Positions 59,905-64,000 of a DNA stretch of 64,000 bases are shown piece by piece (position 1 is the stretch's first letter; each line of letters starts with the position of its first letter). Under the pieces are notes generated by a model that made no database searches, was not told the DNA's origin, and saw nothing but the letters and a program-made list of their open reading frames with translations. The stretch covers positions 119,972,001-120,036,000 of the forward strand of contig CM059431.1 in NCBI GenBank assembly GCA_030390025.1, written 5' to 3'. The stretch is from Squalus acanthias. Taxonomy: Eukaryota. The translations under genes were made by a program, and so were the position numbers.

Positions 59905-61912
59905 ACATAAGAACATAAGAAATAGGAGCAGGAGTAAGCCATACGTCCCCTCGAGCCTGCTCCACCATTCAATAAGATTATGGCTAATGTTTGACCTCAA
60001 CTCCACTTTCCCGCCTGATCCCCATATCCCTTGATAACCTTTGAGTCCAAAAATCTGTCGATCTCAGTCTTGAATATACTCAACGAATGAGCATCCACAG
60101 CCCTCTGGGGTAGAGAACTCCAAAGATTCACATCCCTCTAAGTGAAGAAATTTCTCCTCATCTCAATCTTAAATGGCTGACCCCTTATCCTGAGACTATG
60201 CCCCTAGTTCTAGACTCTCCAGCCAGGGGAAACAACCTCTTAGCATCTACCTTGCCAAGCCCTCTCAGAATCTTAAACGTTTCAATGAGATCACCTCTCA
60301 TTCTTCTAAACTCCAGAGAGTATAGGCCCATTCTACTCAATCTCTCCTCGTAGGACAACCCTCTCATCCCAGGAATCAATCTAGTGAACATTTGTTACAC
60401 CCCCTCTCAGGCAAGTAAATCCTTCGTTAAATACCAAAACTGTTCACAGTACTCCAGGTGTGGTCTCGCCAAAGCCCTGTACTATTGCAGCAAGACTTCC
60501 TTACTATTGTACTCCAAACTCCTTGCAATAAAGGCCAACATACCATTTGCCTTCCTAATTGCTTGCTGTACCTGCATCTTAACTTTCTGTGTTTCATGTA
60601 CAAACATGGACAAAAGAGCTGAATTCCAGAGGTGAAGTGAGAGTGACTGCCCTTAACATCAAGGCAGCATTTGACTGAGTGTGGCATCAAAGAGCCCTAG
60701 TAAAATTGAAGTCAATGGGAATCAGGGGGAAAACTCTCCACTGGCTAGAGTCATATCTAGCACAAAGGAAGATGGTTGTGGTTGCTGGAGGTCAATCATC
60801 TCAGCCCCAGAACATCACTGCAGGAAGTGCTCAGGGAAGTGTCCTTGACCCAAACATCTTCAGCTGCTGCATCAATGACCTTCCCTCCATCGTAAGGTCA
60901 GAAGTGGGGATATTCGCTGATGATTGCACAGTGTACAGTTCCATTCACAACTCCCCAGATAATGAAGCAGTCCATGCCCACATGCAGCAAGACCTGGACA
61001 ACATTCAGGCTTGGGCTGATAAGTGGCAAGTAACATTTGCACCACACAAGTGCCAGGCAATGACTATCTGCAACAAAAGAGAGTCTAACCACCGCCACTT
61101 GACTTTCAACGGCATTACTATTACCAAATCCCCCACCATCAACATCTTGGGGGTCACCATTGACCAGAAACTTAACTGGACCGGCCACATAAATACTGTG
61201 GCTACAACAGCAGGTCAGAGGCTGTGTCTCACCTCCTGACTCCCCAAAGTCTTTCCACCATCTACAAGGCACAAGTCAGGAGTGTGATAGAATACTCTCC
61301 ACTTGCCTGGATGAGTGCAGCTCCAACAACACTCAAGAAGCTCGACACTATCCAGAACAAAGCAGCCGACTTGATCGGCACCCTATGCACCACTTTAAAC
61401 ATGCACTCCCTCCACCACACACGCACCATGACTGCAGTGTTTACCATCTCCAAGATGCACTGCAGCAACTCGCCAAGGCTTCTTTGACAGCACCTCCCAA
61501 ACCCGCGACCTGTACCACCTAGAAGGACAAGGGCAGCAGGCGCATGGGAACACCATCACCTGCAAGTTCCCCATCAAGTTACACACCATCCTGGCTTGGA
61601 AATATATCGCCGTTCCTTCATGGGCGCTGGGTCAAAATCCTGGAACTCCCTCCCTAACAGGACTATGGGAGTACCTTCACCATAAGGACTGCAGCAGTTC
61701 AAGAAGGCGGCTCACCACCACCTTCTCGAGGGCAATTAGGGATGGGCAATAGATGCTGGCCTTGCCAGCGATGCCCACATCCCAGGAACAAATAAGAAAA
61801 TAAACACCCAAATCCCTCTGAACACCAACATTTAATAGTTTCTCACCATTTAAAATATATACTGTTTTTCTATTCTTCCTACCAAAGTGAATAACCTCAA
61901 ATTTCCCCACAC
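59905..61912 (-). mobile_element. CR1 LINE 3' fragment, split by an antisense LINE
   Basis: FTRLIPGMRGLSYEERLSRMGLYSLEFRRMRGDLIE and the (TTCTTATG)n tail at 59905. The upstream part GKFEVIHFGRKNRK lies at 61803-61912. Confidence 0.9.
60601..61800 (+). mobile_element. CR1/L2-superfamily LINE, 5'-truncated, inserted in CR1
   Basis: WHQRALVKL..QGSVL..IFADDC..WADKWQVTF..EYSPLAW. Same family as 27608-32030. Confidence 0.9.
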
Positions 61913-63045
61913 TTCAGGCCGCCAGTTGGAGCGGGCCATTGTCTGCCATATCTTTGAATGTGGCAGCCATTAGATTTAATCGCACTTCTAATTGCGCCAT
62001 GTTACATCTACCCCAGAATCTTATGCACCAGCCGTCATGATATAATGAGCTTAAATTCTTAACCTTTTAAGATATTTTTGAAAGCAGTTCTTTTGATGGC
62101 CAAGTGGCACTTGTGAAATAGTTCTGGTGCATTTCATGACTAATGAATGCAGTCATAGCCATGTTTGATGTGGAAATTGTGCTTTTCTTTAATGACTCAT
62201 TTATGTACAGTTTGCATAAAAGAGGCAAGTGCCTCCAGCCTGGAAGCAGCATTCAGTGACTGGCCCTCATTATTAAGAGTCAACTCTGATTGCTTCAAAC
62301 AAGGCAAACGTCTATCAGTTTAATGAACGATCATTGTAAGGATGAATGTATTTGTTTATGTTAGTTACACAGACAATATTACATTTATCTTGTTACCAAA
62401 AATATATTTACCAGCTTTTATGGCTAATAAAAACAAATTCTAGAATTAAGATATAAAAATAATCATGATACAATCAGATACATTGGCCTGTATTTTCCTT
62501 TGCTATCCCATACCAAATCGGGTGACATAGTGGCAAAAACAGCGGAAAATTTTTTGGTAGAAAGGCCGAGTGCCACCTCCCCACCCCGGCCTTGACTTTC
62601 CTCCCCATCCTCACCTTGACTTTCCTCCCCACTCGACCTTGATTTTCCTTCCCACTGCGGACTTGATTTTCCTCTCACGTCCAAGCTGCTGCTACTGGCA
62701 GCCCCTTCCCCGCCCATCGTATGCAAATACCGGCAATGGATGGGGCCCAGGTTCACGGCTCACATTCTTCCCAACCGCCTCTTTTACCATTGCTTTCTGG
62801 GTTGGCCTGGTGAAAGATGGTGATAAGCTCAGAATAGTGGCAGTAATGGCCCCAAATGTTGTAAGGGAGAGGAGCCAAGTGCCTATGGGCAAGAAATTGG
62901 GCTCGGTTGCACCCATTTTTTGGGCGCTACGATTGCCCTTAGGATTCCAAAATGGCATCCGTGGCACCGCGCACTCTTCTGATGTGAAGCGCACTGGACA
63001 CCATCTTGGTAAAGGCATTAGAGTGCACACAGTTAGCCTCCGACA

Positions 63046-64000
63046 GAACATAAGAACATAAGAAATAGGAGCAGGAGTAGGCCAATCGGCCCTTCGAGCC
63101 TGCTCCGCCATTCAATAAGATCATGGCTGATCTGATCCTCACCTCAAATCTAAAGAACACAAGAAGTAGGAGCAGGACCTGGCCACTCAGCCCCTGGGCC
63201 CACTACGCCACCCACAGGGCCTCGACCGATCCGAACTCAGCCTCATGTCCAATTTCCTGCCCGCTCCCCATAACCCCTAATTCCCTTTACTTCTAGGAAA
63301 CTGTCTATTTCTGTTTTAAATTTATTTAATGATGTAGCTTCCACAGCTTCCTGGGGCAGCAAATTCCACAGACCTACTACCCTCTGAGTGCAGAAGTTTC
63401 TCCTCATCTCAGTTTTGAAAGAGCAGCCCCTTATTCTAAGATTATGCCCCCTAGTTCTAGTTTCACCCATCCTTGGGAACATCCTTACCGCATCCACCCG
63501 ATCAAGCCCCTTCACAATCTTATATGTTTCAATAAGATCGCCTCTCACTCTTCTGAACTCCAATGAGTAGAGTCCCAATCTACTTAACCTCTCCTCATAT
63601 GTCCACCCCCTCATCCCGGGGATTAACCGAGTGAACCTTCTTTGTACTGCCTCGAGAGCAAGTATGTCTTTTCTTAAGTATGGACACCAAAACTGTATGC
63701 AGTATTCCAGGTGCGGTCTCACCAATACCTTATATAACTGCAGCAATACCTCCCTGTTTTTATAATCTATCCCCCTAGCAATAAAAGTCAACATTCCGTT
63801 GGCCTTCTTGATCACCTGCTGCACCTGCATACTAACTTTTTGATTTTCTTGCACTAGGACCCCCAGATCCCTTTGTACTGCAGTACTTTCCAGTTTCTCG
63901 CCATTAAGATAATAACTTGCTCTCTGATTTTTCCTGCCAAAGTGCATAACCTCACATTTTCCAATATTGTATTGCATCTGCCAAATCTCCGCCCACTCAC
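63046..64000 (-). mobile_element. CR1 LINE 3' part with an open ORF2 C-terminus (63243 to window end)
   Basis: At least 244 uninterrupted codons: KCEVMHFG..RPHLEYCIQFW..RRNFCTQRVVGLWN. Ends in a (TTCTTATG)n tail. Confidence 0.95.

Noticed and set aside
62575..62675. About 24-bp degenerate tandem repeat (CCTTGA(C/T)TTTCCTCCCCA) x4
   Set aside because: It is a short minisatellite inside a probable MITE remnant, with no spacer structure or other signal.

Overview
This is eukaryotic, gene-poor DNA made up almost entirely of nested transposable elements. It is probably from a cartilaginous fish (inferred from the repeat repertoire: HER1-like CR1 LINEs, Deu-domain SINEs, L2 and Penelope). I could not support any host protein-coding exon, rRNA, tRNA or CRISPR array. 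The dominant elements are PIF/Harbinger DNA transposons. At least five decayed copies carry a three-exon Myb/SANT DNA-binding gene convergent with a HARBI1-like DDE transposase, and there are many deletion derivatives/MITEs with 3-bp TSDs. Also present are five long LTRs (four bounded by exact 4-bp TSDs, one running off the window start), an RT/RNaseH-deleted Ty3/Gypsy element, a Penelope element, and RTE, CR1 and L2 LINE fragments. The most interesting sequence-level signals are: (1) the Gypsy element has no tRNA PBS but carries a perfect 12-nt complement to its own LTR, suggesting self-priming; (2) the Penelope element carries a minimal hammerhead ribozyme; (3) two otherwise divergent LTR families share a covarying hairpin; (4) the Harbinger ends carry family-specific subterminal motif arrays and conserved CRE palindromes. 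Family names come from recognised motifs, not database searches.
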